This document shows, one piece after another, positions 1-14,400 of a stretch of DNA of 64,000 bases (position 1 is its first letter; each line of letters opens with the position of its first letter). This DNA comes from Polyangiales bacterium (GTDB taxonomy: Bacteria > Myxococcota_A > Polyangia > Polyangiales > Ga0077539), in NCBI GenBank assembly GCA_041389885.1, contig JAWKRB010000006.1, positions 195,101-259,100 on the forward strand, given 5' to 3'. Under the pieces are notes generated by a model, which was not told the DNA's origin, did not search any database, and saw only the letters and a program-made list of their open reading frames with translations. The position numbers and the translations under genes are program-made.

Positions 1-44
1 TTCTTGAACATCGTGGCGATGTCTCTATCACGGTCGCTGCGCGT

Positions 45-1181
45 GTGAAGATCGGGATGCTCACCACCAGCCTGCCCCACCGGGGCGACCCCGTCGCGGG
101 GAGCTTCGTGGCCGAGATGGCCGAGGCGCTCGCGGCGCGCGGGCACGAGCTGCGGGTGGTCGCGATTCGGCGGAGGGAGCCGCGGGGCTGGGACGATCCC
201 CTCGAGCTCCGAGGCGTCGCGAGCCACGCGCTCCGCGCCCCCGGCGCCACGCTGCTCTACGACGGCGGCGCGCCCGATCGCCTCGGTCGGTTCGGGGCGT
301 GGCCGCGCGTCGTCGGGGTCACCGCGGCGTCGGCCTGGGGCGCGGCGAGGCACCTCCGCGGCTGCGACGCGCTGGTGTCACACTTCCTCGCGCCCTCGGC
401 CGTCGTCGCGGGCGCGCTGCGGGGAGGCCGACCGCACCTCGCCATCGCGCACGGCAGCGACGCGGCGCTCTTCGCGAAGCTGCCGGTCGGCCTCCGCGCC
501 CTCGCGCTGCGGGGGGCGACCCGGCGCTGGTACGTGCACCCCGGGCTGCGACTCGCGGTCGACCCGGGCGACGTCGACGCGATCGTGAGCCCGATGGGAT
601 TCGTCCCGTCGGTCCGCGCGCCGGCTCCGCGCGCTCGCGTGCTCCGGGCGGCGGTGGTCTCGCGGCTCGTCCCCGTCAAGGACGTCGCGCGCGCCCTCCG
701 CGCCGTGGCCTACGCCCGCGCCTCGGGCGCCGCGCTCGAGGTCGACGTGATCGGCGACGGGCCGCTCCGAGGCGAGCTCGCCGCGCTGGCGTCGAGCCTC
801 GGGGGGTTCGCGGTGCTGCACGGCGCGCTCCCCCCGGCGGATCGAGACCGGGTGCTCGCCGGGTGCCACGTTCAGCTCCACGCCGCGACGACGCTCGCCG
901 ACGGTCGGGGCGAGGGGGCGCCGGTCGCGCTGCTCGAGGCGATGGGGGCGGGCCGGTGCGTGGTGGCGACGGGCTCAGGCGGCGTCGGCTGGCTGGTCGG
1001 CGACGCCGGGGAGGTGCTCGACGAGCGCGCCTCGGCGCGCGCGATCGGCGCGGCCTTGCATCGGCTCGCCCTCGACGACGACGCGCGCGAGGCGCTCGGC
1101 GAGCGCGCGAAGGCGCGGGCGGAGCGGTGGACGTGGGGGGAGCAGGCGCGGCGGGTGGAGGAGGCGCTGGGCGCGCGCTGA
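45..1181 (+). CDS. Glycosyltransferase family 1 (GT4-like) protein
   Basis: 378-aa ORF with a GT-B N-terminus (MKIGMLTTSLPHRGDPVAGSFVAEMAEALAARGHELRVV) and a C-terminal EX7E-like region (ALLEAMGAGRCVVAT). Convergent with lolA. Confidence 0.75.
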   Translation: MKIGMLTTSLPHRGDPVAGSFVAEMAEALAARGHELRVVAIRRREPRGWDDPLELRGVASHALRAPGATLLYDGGAPDRLGRFGAWPRVVGVTAASAWGAARHLRGCDALVSHFLAPSAVVAGALRGGRPHLAIAHGSDAALFAKLPVGLRALALRGATRRWYVHPGLRLAVDPGDVDAIVSPMGFVPSVRAPAPRARVLRAAVVSRLVPVKDVARALRAVAYARASGAALEVDVIGDGPLRGELAALASSLGGFAVLHGALPPADRDRVLAGCHVQLHAATTLADGRGEGAPVALLEAMGAGRCVVATGSGGVGWLVGDAGEVLDERASARAIGAALHRLALDDDAREALGERAKARAERWTWGEQARRVEEALGAR

Positions 1182-1955
1182 CTACGGTCGCACGATGGAG
1201 GTGCCCGCCGGGGGCGTCCATCGAAAGGTCGCCTCGGGCACGTTGGTGTTCACCCGGGGGTTGCTGAAGTCGAAGCGGTTCTGGTTGCCCTGCGCGTCGA
1301 TGACCGCGGTGCGAACGACCTGATACGACGTGCGGTCGACGTAGAAGATGATGCGCTCGTACGAGGGCTGCGGCGTCGTCGGCCGAAGCTCCAGCACGTA
1401 CCCCGAGGGGAAGCGAAACTGGTTCGCGTCGAGGAGACGAAACGTGAACGAGTCCGTGAGCCGCCCCGTGCCCGCGAGGAAGGTGATCGCGGTGGGGAGC
1501 TGCGACTGACCGAGCTGCTGCTGCACCGCCTGCCGCTCGTCGGCCTGGTAGGCCCAGAGCGTGCGGCCGTCGGAGACGATGACGTCTCCCGAGGGCGCGT
1601 TGTAGTTCCAGCGCATGCGCCCCGGCTTGCGGAACACCACCTGCCCCGTGCGGCGCTCTTCGCCGTAGAGGCGGTTGCGCGAGACCTGCACGAAGTCGGC
1701 CTGAAAGTCGGTGGTGCGGTCGTAGAAGGCCTGAATCTGCTGCGCGATGTTGCGCGCGGGGTCGGCGGGGTTCTGCCCCGGCGCGTTGGCGGGACTGGCG
1801 GTCGCCGCGGGGGTCGCGGTCGCCGCGGGAGGGGGCGCGGCGCGGCGCGGCTGCTGGGCGGCGCGGGTCGCGGGAGACGCCGCGTACGGCGACGGGTCCG
1901 CGTGCAGCGGCGAGGCCAGGAGGATCGAGGCGAAGAGGATCTTGGTCGGTCGCAT
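1182..1955 (-). CDS. lolA: Outer-membrane lipoprotein carrier protein LolA
   Basis: C-terminal 257 aa of the long minus ORF. It has a signal peptide (MRPTKILFASILLASPLHA) and a LolA-like body (VQVSRNRLYGEERRTGQVVFRKPGRMRWNY...TLWAYQADERQ). The ATG was seen as CAT at about 1953-1955. The rest of ORF 1182..3461 is a GC-frame artefact. Confidence 0.8.
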   Translation of the reverse strand: MRPTKILFASILLASPLHADPSPYAASPATRAAQQPRRAAPPPAATATPAATASPANAPGQNPADPARNIAQQIQAFYDRTTDFQADFVQVSRNRLYGEERRTGQVVFRKPGRMRWNYNAPSGDVIVSDGRTLWAYQADERQAVQQQLGQSQLPTAITFLAGTGRLTDSFTFRLLDANQFRFPSGYVLELRPTTPQPSYERIIFYVDRTSYQVVRTAVIDAQGNQNRFDFSNPRVNTNVPEATFRWTPPAGTSIVRP

Positions 1956-2099
1956 GAGCACCTCCGTCGGTGCGAATGCCCGGGCGCGCGGGCCGAGGGG
2001 TCGGTGGGGGTTATACGCAGGTCGGCGCGAATCGGTGCAATCGTGCCCCGGTCTCCGCAGTTTTCTCAGGCACCCGATGGTTGTAGGCTGCGAGTCGCG

Positions 2100-2714
2100 A
2101 TGCCCCTGCGAGCTCTGACGCTGATGTGCCTTCTCGTGCTCCCGGGGCTCCGCTGCGCCGAGGCCACCTACGTCGAGCCCGACGTGCCGGGCGCAGACGA
2201 CGCGGGGGAGAAGCTCGACGTCGATCCCGGCGAAGACGCCGTGGTGAAGGACGACGTGAAGGTCCCCCCGGTCGACCTGGGCGAGGGCGCCGACGCGGTG
2301 AACGGAGAAGACGCGCTGGTCGGCGACGACGCGGGGGACGACGCCGGGGACCTCGACGCATCGACGGTCGATGTCGACGCCGTCGACGCGGTGGCGCAGG
2401 ACGTCGGCTCGCCCGACGTGGTGATCATCGACGCGGGGCCTCCCGACACGGGCGTGCGAGACACCGGGGTGGTCGACACGGGCCCTCCCGACACGGGCGT
2501 GCGAGACACCGGGGTGGTCGACACGGGCGTGGTCGACACGGGCGTGCCTGACACCGGGCCGACGTATCCGCCGATCGTGTGCCCGCTGCTGGGCACGCCG
2601 ATCCCCATCACCTGCCGCAGCCGCAACGGGCTGCCGCCATGCTGCGGCATCGGTGGGGCCTGCTTCTGTGAGCAGGCGTCTCCCTTCGGGCCGCTCTGCC
2701 TGCCCTGCAATTAG
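2100..2714 (+). CDS. Small secreted protein with tandem DTGV repeats and a Cys-rich C-terminal knot
   Basis: Internal Met start (MPLRALTLMCLLVLPGLRCAEA, signal peptide). Acidic repeat region (PPDTGVRDTGVVDTG x2 plus partial copies) followed by an 8-Cys C-terminus (CPLLG...CCGIGGACFCEQ...CLPCN). No family recognised. Confidence 0.5.
   Translation: MPLRALTLMCLLVLPGLRCAEATYVEPDVPGADDAGEKLDVDPGEDAVVKDDVKVPPVDLGEGADAVNGEDALVGDDAGDDAGDLDASTVDVDAVDAVAQDVGSPDVVIIDAGPPDTGVRDTGVVDTGPPDTGVRDTGVVDTGVVDTGVPDTGPTYPPIVCPLLGTPIPITCRSRNGLPPCCGIGGACFCEQASPFGPLCLPCN
2437..2560 (+). repeat. ~45-bp tandem repeat (2.5 copies) encoding the PPDTGVRDTGVVDTG units
   Basis: The block ggccctcccgacacgggcgtgcgagacaccggggtggtcgacacg is duplicated directly in sequence. 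Confidence 0.6.
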
Positions 2715-2803
2715 GCCCCGCCTCGCCTCGCCCGCGAGGCGTGGGGGACCGGGGGGCTCCAGGGGAGACGAGGCCGGGGCCCGAAGGGGCCCTGGCGGGG
2801 TGA

Positions 2804-5992
<3,189 letters not shown>

Positions 5993-6199
5993 CGCGTAGC
6001 CTTTGGGTGTCGGGGGATGCAGGTCGCCGCGCCGGAGCAGGGGCGCGCCGGGAGCGGGAAGGCGCGGCAGCCTAGTCGCCGCCGTGCGGCGTGGCAACGT
6101 GTCTCGACCCGAGAACCCGCCGCGCCCGGCGGAACTTCCGACCCGGGCGATTGACAGGGCCGAGGTGGCGGCCTTAGGTGCCGCGCCGGAGCGAGAACC

Positions 6200-6526
6200 A
6201 TGGAAGACGCAACACGCCAGCGCATTCAAGACCTCATCGACCAGAACAAGGTCGTGCTCTTCATGAAGGGCACGCGGCACTTTCCGCAGTGCGGCTTCTC
6301 GGGGGCCGTCGTGCAGGTGCTCAACGGGACCGGGGCGAAGTACGAGACCGTGAACGTGCTCGCCGACCCGTCGATCCGCGAGGGCATCAAGGAGTTCGCG
6401 AGCTGGCCCACGATCCCGCAGCTGTACGTGGGGGGAAAGTTCGTGGGCGGCTGCGACATCGTGCGCGAGCTGAGCACCCGCGGAGAGCTCGCCGCGATGC
6501 TCCAGGAGGTCGGCGCGGTCGGGTAG
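6200..6526 (+). CDS. grxD: Monothiol glutaredoxin (Grx4/GrxD family)
   Basis: 108 aa with the CGFS active site ([14 protein letters not shown]) and [19 protein letters not shown]. Confidence 0.9.
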   Translation: MEDATRQRIQDLIDQNKVVLFMKGTRHFPQCGFSGAVVQVLNGTGAKYETVNVLADPSIREGIKEFASWPTIPQLYVGGKFVGGCDIVRELSTRGELAAMLQEVGAVG

Positions 6527-6642
6527 CGCCCCCGAGCTCGACCCCGCGACCGGGGCGAACGCCCGCGCCCCTCCGACGATCACCACCCGCGTGACGATCT
6601 GGGGTACAGTCCGCCGCCCCGCGCAGGACCATGTGACCCGAA

Positions 6643-9210
6643 ATGACCCAGAACGCACACCGACCCCGCCTCGCCGACCTCGCCCTCGTCACCTACCTCG
6701 CCCCGATGCTTCAGGGGCGCCGCGTCGCCGTCGCGGGGAGCACCTCGGGTGAGGTGGCGCTCCGCCTCCGCGCCCTGGGCGCGCACACCGTGATCTGCTT
6801 CGGCGGCGTCGGTGAAGACCTCGCCGTGCGAGCGCTCACCCCAGGCGCCGTCGCGGCGTTTCATGGGCGCATCGACGTGCTGGTGATCCCCGACGCCACG
6901 GCGGTGCCCTCGCTGGTCGCCCTCCTCGACGAGGCCCGACGCGCGCTGGGCTCCGAAGGGGTCGTCGTCGTGGGCGCAGAGGCCCCGCAGTCGCCCCGTC
7001 CGATGGAGCCGACCGGTCGAGAGGGCACCACGGCCTACCACGACCTGTACGACCTCTGCGCGGCGCGCTTCTCGAACGTTCGCATGTTCGGTCGGGGGCC
7101 CTTCCTCGGGTACACCCTCGCGGCCTTCGACGACGCGAGCGATCGGGTGGCGCTCGACACCCGGCTGATCGATGGGGACCCGGCGCGCCCAGAGTCGTTC
7201 ATCGCCATCGCGAGCGACGCACCCGTCGAGCTTGACCCCGTCGCGCTGGTGCAGGTCCCCGACACCCTCATCGAGGCGCTGCGAGACGCCGGCGGCAAGG
7301 AGCTTCGCGAGAAGCTCCACGATCGAGAGCAGAAGCTCAAGGAGGTCGAGGCCGCCAGCGCCGAGCGGTGGGTGAAGATCCAGCGCTTCGAGCACGGCCT
7401 CAAGGAGCTCGAGGAGGAGAACCGCAAGGCCCGCGAGAAGGTCGTGCGCGCCACCAAGGAGCTCGAAGACGAGCGCAAGCTCCGACAGCGGGTCGAGCTC
7501 GACGCGCAGATGTCGCGCCGCGCGCCCGAGCTCCCCAAGACGCCCGACCTCGCCCCCGAGCTCCAGCGCGCCCGCAAGGAGCTCGCCGAGCTCCGCGAGG
7601 CCGCCGCGAGGGAGCAGGCGGCGCGTGACGCCGAGCTCGCGAAGCTCAAGTCTGCCCTGGAGCGAGAGACCGCCGAGCGCGCCGCCGCGCAGCTCGCGCT
7701 CGCGTCGCGGGCCGAGACGGCCGCGGGCCTGGAGGCCTCGCTGCGCGCGGCCGCGGAGGAGCGCGACGCGCTGCGAGAGGCCGAGCGCGCCGAGCGCGAA
7801 GCCCTCCAGGCTGAGCGCGCGCGCGTCGCGGAGCTCGAGCGCGAGCTCGACGAGACCCAGGCCACCGAGGCCGAGCTCCAGGCGCTCCTCGAGGCGGCGC
7901 AGTCGGCGCAGCCCGCGGCCCCGCCCGTCGACGACCGGGCGCTCCGCGCGCTGCGCGACGAGCTCGACGCCACCAGGGCGAGCCTCGCCGCGCTCCGCGC
8001 AGCGCACGACGCCCAGGGGCTTGACCTCGACAGGCTGCACGCCGAGCGCGACGCCGTGAAGTCCGAGCTGGCCGCCGCGCTCGCGACGCAGCAGACGCTC
8101 AAGGCCGACCTCGCCCAGGCGCTCTCGCGCCCGGCGCTCGACGACTCCGCCCACGAGGTCGCCGCCCTCGAGGCGCGCCTCGCCGACCGCGCCACCGAGC
8201 TGCTCCGCATGACCGCGCTGCGCGACGACGCGCTCACCGCCGTGCGCGAGCTCACGATGTCGACGCGAGCTCCGGTCAGCGTGACCCGCGACGACGCGCG
8301 CGACGCCCTGGAGCCTGAGCTGCGCGGGCTGCGCGAGCGGGTCTCGCTGCTTGAGGCCGAGGCGATCGCCTTCGCGGGCCAGAGCCAGCAGGCCATGTGG
8401 AAGGTCGAGGAGCTCGAGGCGGCCCTCGCGCTCGCCCGGTCCCAGCTCGCCGCGCGCACCGCGCCGCCCGAGGCCGGGGCGACCGCCGCGGAGCTCAGCT
8501 CGCTGCGCGCGGAGAACGGCGCGCTCGAGGCGAAGCTCGCGCAGGCGGGGATGGAGATCGACGGGTTCAGGGCGGGCTACCAGCGCCGGATCCTGGAGCT
8601 GGAGCTCGAGATCGATCGACTGCTCCGGGCGCTCGAGGTCGCGGGCTCGCAGACCGCCGCCGAGTCGGACGCGCAGCTCGCCTCGGTGCGCCGACAGGCC
8701 GCCGAGGCCGCCGCGGAGCTGCAAGGCGTTCGATACCGCATGTGCGAGGCCGAGTCGGCGCTCTCGGCGCGGTCGGCGCCGGCGGTCGCGCCCGTGGCGG
8801 TCGAGGTCCGCGCGGACCAGGCGCTCACCGATCTGGGGCAGACCGCGGAGCGCCTCGCGGCGACCGAGGAGGCCCTGCGGGAGGTGCGGCTCCGGCTGCG
8901 GGCGACCGAGGCCGAGCTCGCGGCTTCGCGCCGGGAGCAGACCGTCCTCGCCGAGCGCGTCGACGAGGCCGCCGCGCAGCTCGACGAGCGCGACCGGCGC
9001 GACGCCGCCGCCGCGCAGCGTCACCGCGAGCAGCTCGTCGCGCTGCAAGACCGCGTGACGAGCGCGGAGCTCCGGGTGCAGTCGCAGCGAGAGCTCCTCG
9101 GGGGCGTGCGGTCGAGCGTGTCGTCGATCCTCGCCGACGGGCGCGGGGCGCTCGTGGTGCATGACCTGTTGCAGATCCTCCGCACGGTCGAGTCCAGCGA
9201 CGAGGGCTGA
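6643..9210 (+). CDS. Large coiled-coil protein with an N-terminal alpha/beta (pseudo-receiver or Rossmann-like) domain
   Basis: 855 aa. The N-terminal ~200 aa are globular ([30 protein letters not shown]). The next ~650 aa are heptad-rich with many E/R/A/L ([33 protein letters not shown]...). The stop overlaps the start of the next gene (ATGA). Confidence 0.75.
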   Translation: MTQNAHRPRLADLALVTYLAPMLQGRRVAVAGSTSGEVALRLRALGAHTVICFGGVGEDLAVRALTPGAVAAFHGRIDVLVIPDATAVPSLVALLDEARRALGSEGVVVVGAEAPQSPRPMEPTGREGTTAYHDLYDLCAARFSNVRMFGRGPFLGYTLAAFDDASDRVALDTRLIDGDPARPESFIAIASDAPVELDPVALVQVPDTLIEALRDAGGKELREKLHDREQKLKEVEAASAERWVKIQRFEHGLKELEEENRKAREKVVRATKELEDERKLRQRVELDAQMSRRAPELPKTPDLAPELQRARKELAELREAAAREQAARDAELAKLKSALERETAERAAAQLALASRAETAAGLEASLRAAAEERDALREAERAEREALQAERARVAELERELDETQATEAELQALLEAAQSAQPAAPPVDDRALRALRDELDATRASLAALRAAHDAQGLDLDRLHAERDAVKSELAAALATQQTLKADLAQALSRPALDDSAHEVAALEARLADRATELLRMTALRDDALTAVRELTMSTRAPVSVTRDDARDALEPELRGLRERVSLLEAEAIAFAGQSQQAMWKVEELEAALALARSQLAARTAPPEAGATAAELSSLRAENGALEAKLAQAGMEIDGFRAGYQRRILELELEIDRLLRALEVAGSQTAAESDAQLASVRRQAAEAAAELQGVRYRMCEAESALSARSAPAVAPVAVEVRADQALTDLGQTAERLAATEEALREVRLRLRATEAELAASRREQTVLAERVDEAAAQLDERDRRDAAAAQRHREQLVALQDRVTSAELRVQSQRELLGGVRSSVSSILADGRGALVVHDLLQILRTVESSDEG

Positions 9211-9839
9211 TGGGGGCGTGCGGCGCCGAGTGCGGCATCACGCGGCAGCGCGACCGAGAGCGTGAGGTCGCGAGGCGCGTCGCGCGCGCGGTGTGGCCGG
9301 AGGGTCGACGCGCGGCGTCGGGCGCCCTCCGCGGCCTGGGCGTCGACCCCGAGCGGGTGAGCGCGCTCGCGGCTCGGCTCGTCGAGACCCTCCCCGTCGC
9401 CGTGCTCGAGGAGCCCGAAGAGCCCGACCGCGCACCGTCGATCTACTGCATCGCCACCGTCGCGGACGAGACCTGGGTCGGCTTTCGCTGCGGGCGCAGC
9501 CCGAGGCCCGCGCACCGCGTCGAACTCGGGCTCCGCGTGGCCTTCTCGCCCTTCGGTCCGTACGCGACGCTTCAGGAAGTGCATCTCGAAGCAGACGTCG
9601 ACGACGAGGGTGTCTGGATCGAGGAGCGCCGGCTCGCGGGGGTCGAGGACCGTCGCATGCAGCACCTGGTGCGCGGGGTTCAGGGCGCCCTCCGCAAGGC
9701 CCGAGTCACGGCGCTCGACGCGGCCTTCCTCGCGGAGCCGTTCGGCGACGGCACCCTGTGGTCGGCGCTCTTCGACGCCGAGCCCGCGGTCGCGACCCGC
9801 GGGGACTACCTGCCCGCGGGGGCGCCTCCCGCGCCCTGA
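9210..9839 (+). CDS. Hypothetical protein, translationally coupled to the coiled-coil gene
   Basis: 209-aa ORF whose start overlaps the upstream stop (ctgATGg). Composition looks like coding sequence. No recognisable domain. Confidence 0.55.
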   Translation: MGACGAECGITRQRDREREVARRVARAVWPEGRRAASGALRGLGVDPERVSALAARLVETLPVAVLEEPEEPDRAPSIYCIATVADETWVGFRCGRSPRPAHRVELGLRVAFSPFGPYATLQEVHLEADVDDEGVWIEERRLAGVEDRRMQHLVRGVQGALRKARVTALDAAFLAEPFGDGTLWSALFDAEPAVATRGDYLPAGAPPAP

Positions 9840-11257
9840 CGGAGGCGGATCACGTGCACCTCGGTGCGTCGGTTCAGGGTCCACGCGTCGGGGGTCTGCC
9901 GGGGGTCGAGCGGGCGGTCGGAGCCGTAGCCCGCGGCGCGGAGCCGTGAGGGGGCGACGCCTCGGCTGGTGAGGTACAGCACCGCGGTCTCGGCGCGCCT
10001 GCGAGACAGCGCGAGGTTGGCCGCGCGCGGGCCGCGGGCGTCGGTGTGGCCCTGGACCTCGACCAGCTCGATCTCGGGGTGCTGGATGAGCAGGCTCGCG
10101 AGGGCGTCGAGGGTCTCGAACGACGCGCGCCCCACGAGGTTCGCGCTCCCGCGCAGGAAATTCACGTCGCCCCGCAGCGAGATGACCCGGTGCTCGGGGT
10201 CGAGGGCGACGGGGGGCGCGGAGGCGTCTGGGCAGCCGTCGTCGTCGTCGACGCCGTTCAGGTCCTCGGGCTCGTCGATGCACCGGTCGACGCCGTCGCG
10301 GACGCCGTCGTGGTCGCGGTCGCCGTCGGGGCACCCTGGACGGGCGGGGTCGGGGTGCTCGCCCGCGCGCTCGGTCGGGCAGCGGTCCTCGTCGTTGAGG
10401 GTGCCGTCCCCGTCGTCGTCGGGGGAGGGGCACCCCGGTCGGGCGGGGTCGGGGTGCGGACCCTGCGGCTGCGTCACGCAGTGGTCGTCGGGGTCGAAGA
10501 CCGTGTCGAAGTCACTGTCGAGGGTCGCGCACCCTGGCCTCAAGGGGTCAGGGCGAACGCCCTGGGGAGCGCGGGGGCACAGGTCCTCGGCGTCGGGCAC
10601 GCCGTCGCCGTCGTCGTCGGCCGGGGCGCGCGCCTGGCTCACCGGCGCGGGGACCTCGGGCTCGACGCGCGCTCGAGGCGGGGCCGACGCGAAGCGCACG
10701 GCGAGCGTGAGCCCCGCGGAGAAGTACCGAGCGTCGTCGGGGAACCGCTCCGGCGTGCCCGCGCTCGAGTCGGGCTGGACCATCTGTCCGTACCGAATCG
10801 ACGGGCCGAGGGCGAGGTAGTCGCCGAGGCGAAACTCGAAGCCCAGGCCCACGTCGAGGGCGAGCCGCGCGACGTCCCCCGTGAGCCCGACGCCGGCGTG
10901 CGCGTCGAACCAGAGCCGCCCCGCGCGCCCGACGCGCGGCTCGAGGCGCAGGCCCACCGAGGGCGCGAAGACCCACCCCGTGCCCTCAGCGCCCCCGGGG
11001 AACACCCAGTTCGTCACCCCCACGTCGAGCGCGAGCGGGTCCGCGAGCGTGATCCCCAGCCGCGCGCTGCCCTGCCACATCGCGTCGAAGCCGCGCGCGC
11101 GCCGCTGATAGTCCGAGAGCATCGCGCCGTACCCGCCCTCGAGGCGAACCGCGGCGCGCTCTCGACCCTGCGCGACGGCCTCGCGCGGCGCGGCGCACGC
11201 GAGCGCCAGCGCCGCGGTCGCGGCCCCGAAATGCCTGGGTGAGAGGAGGTTGCGCAT
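9806..11257 (-). CDS. OmpA-family outer membrane protein with thrombospondin type 3 (Ca-binding) repeats
   Basis: Starts at the internal MRNLLSPRHFGAATAALALACAAP (signal peptide). Has a beta-barrel-like N-domain, TSP3-like D-rich repeats (DDDGDGVPDAEDLCP, DDDGDGTLNDEDRCP, DRDHDGVRDGVDRCID, DDDDGCPD) and a C-terminal OmpA domain (VQGHTDARGPRAANLALSRRRAETAV). Confidence 0.85.
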   Translation of the reverse strand: MRNLLSPRHFGAATAALALACAAPREAVAQGRERAAVRLEGGYGAMLSDYQRRARGFDAMWQGSARLGITLADPLALDVGVTNWVFPGGAEGTGWVFAPSVGLRLEPRVGRAGRLWFDAHAGVGLTGDVARLALDVGLGFEFRLGDYLALGPSIRYGQMVQPDSSAGTPERFPDDARYFSAGLTLAVRFASAPPRARVEPEVPAPVSQARAPADDDGDGVPDAEDLCPRAPQGVRPDPLRPGCATLDSDFDTVFDPDDHCVTQPQGPHPDPARPGCPSPDDDGDGTLNDEDRCPTERAGEHPDPARPGCPDGDRDHDGVRDGVDRCIDEPEDLNGVDDDDGCPDASAPPVALDPEHRVISLRGDVNFLRGSANLVGRASFETLDALASLLIQHPEIELVEVQGHTDARGPRAANLALSRRRAETAVLYLTSRGVAPSRLRAAGYGSDRPLDPRQTPDAWTLNRRTEVHVIRLRQGAGGAPAGR

Positions 11258-11457
11258 CCTACGGCGTCCGTCGGCTCGCGCGCGGTTGCGTCGCGCCGAG
11301 GCGCAGAGTGTCCCACCGCGGCGACCGGAGCGGCAACATCGCCGTGCGAGACAGCGTGTTGCTTGACCGCTCGTCTCGCCAGAACCTACGCTGCCGACTC
11401 TGCCCACGGGCACGGGACGACCTTCTGGCCCGCACCGCGTGGAGGGAGAAGGCGACG

Positions 11458-14400
11458 ATGTCGCGCGCGATCTCGAGACCCACCTTCGCCCTCTGCGCGC
11501 TGATCACCACGCTCCTCGACGGGTGCACCTTCGGGACGGCGATCGTGGGCGGCGACGCGAGCGGCGACCTCGGCGTGTTCGACGCGACCGTCGACCTCGG
11601 CTCGAAGCTCGACGCCGCCGAGGCCTCGCCCGCCGACGTCCCGGTCGTCGAAGACCTCGCGCCCGACGTCCCCGACGCGCCTTCGCCCGAGTGCCTGCGC
11701 AACGCCGACTGCCTCGACCCGAGCCGCCCGGTGTGCGACCTCGGCGCGAACCGCTGCGTCCAGTGCCTCCCGTCTCCCGACACCTGCCCCACGCGGAGGT
11801 TCTGCGACCCCGGCACGCTCACGTGCCAGGACGGCTGCCGCGGCGATCAAGACTGCGTGCTCAGCAGCTCCGGGGGCGACGGGGGGCTCGTGGTGCGGGT
11901 CTGCGACCTCAGCCGGCGCATCTGCGTCGCGTGCCGGGGCGACGCCGAGTGCCCCGCGGGGACCCAGTGCGCCGGCGGCCTCTGCGCGCCCTCCTGCGGG
12001 GGAGGGCGGGCCTGCCTCCCCAGCGAGACCTGCTGCGCCGGCGCGTGCGTCGACCTGCGAGAGAACGACGCGAACTGCGGCGCGTGCGGCGCCTCGTGCG
12101 CGGCGCCCAACGCCGCCGGGCGCTGCCGCGCGGGGCGCTGCGAGGTGGGCTCGTGCATCGGCGCCTTCGGCGACTGCGACGGCGACGCCTCCAACGGCTG
12201 CGAGACGAGCCTTCGCTCGGCCACCGACTGCGGCGCCTGCCGCTCCGCGTGCCCCGTGCGACCCTTCGCGGCGACGGTGTGCGACACGGCCTCGGCGACC
12301 TGCGCGCTGCGCTGCGACCCCTCACGAGCCGACTGCAACCTCGTCGCCGACGACGGCTGCGAGGTCGACGTGCGCGAGAGCGTCGACCACTGCGGCGCGT
12401 GCGGCCGCGCGTGCGCCGCGGCCCACGGCACCGCGCGCTGCGACGAGGGGCGGTGCGCCATCGCCTCGTGCGAGGCGGGGTTCTCCGACTGCGACGGCGA
12501 CCCGCTCAACGGGTGCGAGGTCGACACCCGCGCGAGCGCGGCGCACTGCGGCGCGTGCGGATCGCGCTGCGCCGCAGGGGCGAACGCGTCGGCCCAGTGC
12601 CGCGACGGCGGGTGCCAGGTGAGCTGCGAGGCGGGCTTCGCCGACTGCGACGGGCGCGTCGACGACGGCTGCGAGACCGACCTGCGCGCCTCGACGGAGC
12701 ACTGCGGGGCCTGCGGCGCTGGGTGCGTCGCGCAGGGCGGCGTCGCGCGCTGCGCCTCGGGGCGCTGCGAGATCGCGAGCTGCGAGGCGGGCTTCGCCGA
12801 CTGCAACGGGCGCGTCGACGACGGCTGCGAGACCGACCTGCGCAGCAGCGCGACCGCGTGCGGCGCGTGCGGGGTGCGGTGCCCGGGGTCGCAGCGGTGC
12901 GCGCGGGGAGCGTGCGTGCTCGAGTGCCCGGTCTCGCAGCAGGTGTGCTCCGGCGCGTGCGTCGACCGGCTCACCGACCCGCGCAACTGCGGCGGCTGCG
13001 GGAGCGTGTGCGCCTCGAACACGCGCTGCGTCGCCGGGGAGTGCAGCCTCGACTGCGCCGCGGGCCTCGCGGCCTGCGACGGACGCTGCGAGAACCTCCT
13101 CACCTCTGCCGCGAATTGCGGCGGCTGCGGCGTGGCCTGTCCGGCGCGACCGGGCGCGACGCCGACGTGCCAGGGCGGCCTCTGCGGCAGGTCGTGCCTG
13201 CCCGGCCGCGCGGACTGCGACGGGGTGGCGAGCAACGGCTGCGAGGTCGACCTGCGCGCCGACGCGAGCAGCTGCGGCACCTGCGGCTTTCGCTGCGTGG
13301 TGGCCAACGGCGTGGGCGCGTGCGTGAACGGGGGCTGCGGCATCGCGGCCTGCGCCGCGGGGTTCGCAGACTGCGACGGCGCCGCCTCGGACGGCTGCGA
13401 GACGCCCGTTCGCCGCGACGACCGCAACTGCGGGGCGTGTGGGAACGTCTGCGCGACCGGGACCTCGTGCGTGGACGGGGCCTGCGTTCCGCCCCCCGGC
13501 TCGCTCTTCGTCGACGCGCCGACGGTGATCAACACCATCGCCGCGGCGGCTCAGGCAGGCGCGGGTTCCCTCACGGTCACCCTGGGCTCGCCGGTGGGTG
13601 TGTTCCTCCCGGGCCAGCGGGTGATGCTGCACCAGACCCAGGGGCCCGAGGGCGTCGCCGGTCGGTACGAACTACGGCGCGTGGCCGCGGTGCAGGGCGC
13701 GCTGCTCACCCTCGACGCGCCGCTCTCGAACGCCTACGTGAGCGCGGGGAACTCCCGCGCGCAGATCCTCGTGGTGCCCGAGTACTCCAGGGTCACCGTC
13801 ACCGCGAGGGGGACCCTGACCGCGCCCCCCTGGGACGGTCGCGCGGGCGGGGTGCTGGCGGTCTGGTCGCGGGGGGACGTCGACGTGCTCGGGCGGGTCA
13901 GCATGGACGGTCGGGGCTTTCGGGGCACCCAGCACGGCTGCGCCCTCGGGCGGCTCTTTCAGTGCTCCGTCGGGGTGCAGGGCGAGTCGTTCCTCGGGCC
14001 TGGGCGCGCGTCGGTCTTGGCCAACGGCGGAGGCGGGGGCGGCGGCTCTTCGGGGCAGGACTGCGCCGCTGGAGGGGGAGGCGCCAACGGCGCGAGCGGT
14101 CGCGTAGGGACGAGCGGCGATTGCAACGGCGGCTCGATCGGCGAGTGCACCTCGGTGTGCCCCAACGTGGGCGGCGACGGAGGCGCGGCTCCGCGCAGAG
14201 ACCCCCTCGGGGGGCTCGCGCACCTGGGCGGCGCGGGCGGCGAAGGCGGCGCGGATGAGGACGGGGCCTTCCCTGGCGCGGGAGGCAACGGCGGCGGCTT
14301 CGTCTGGATCCGCGCCGAAGGGGCGCTCACCGTCAGCGGCACGGTCTCTTCGAGCGGGGCCGACGGGCGCAACGGCAACCAGTCCGACTGCGGCGGCCAG

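Noticed and set aside
6580-9162. 860-aa minus-strand ORF antisense to the coiled-coil gene
   Set aside because: Arg/Gly/Leu-rich low-complexity translation typical of an out-of-frame GC-rich reading. The plus-strand gene has coherent domain structure.
11439-14258. 939-aa +strand ORF and 563/436-aa minus ORFs overlapping the Cys-repeat lipoprotein gene
   Set aside because: Their translations are dominated by R/G/P runs. The lipoprotein frame alone shows the regular Cys spacing and a signal peptide.
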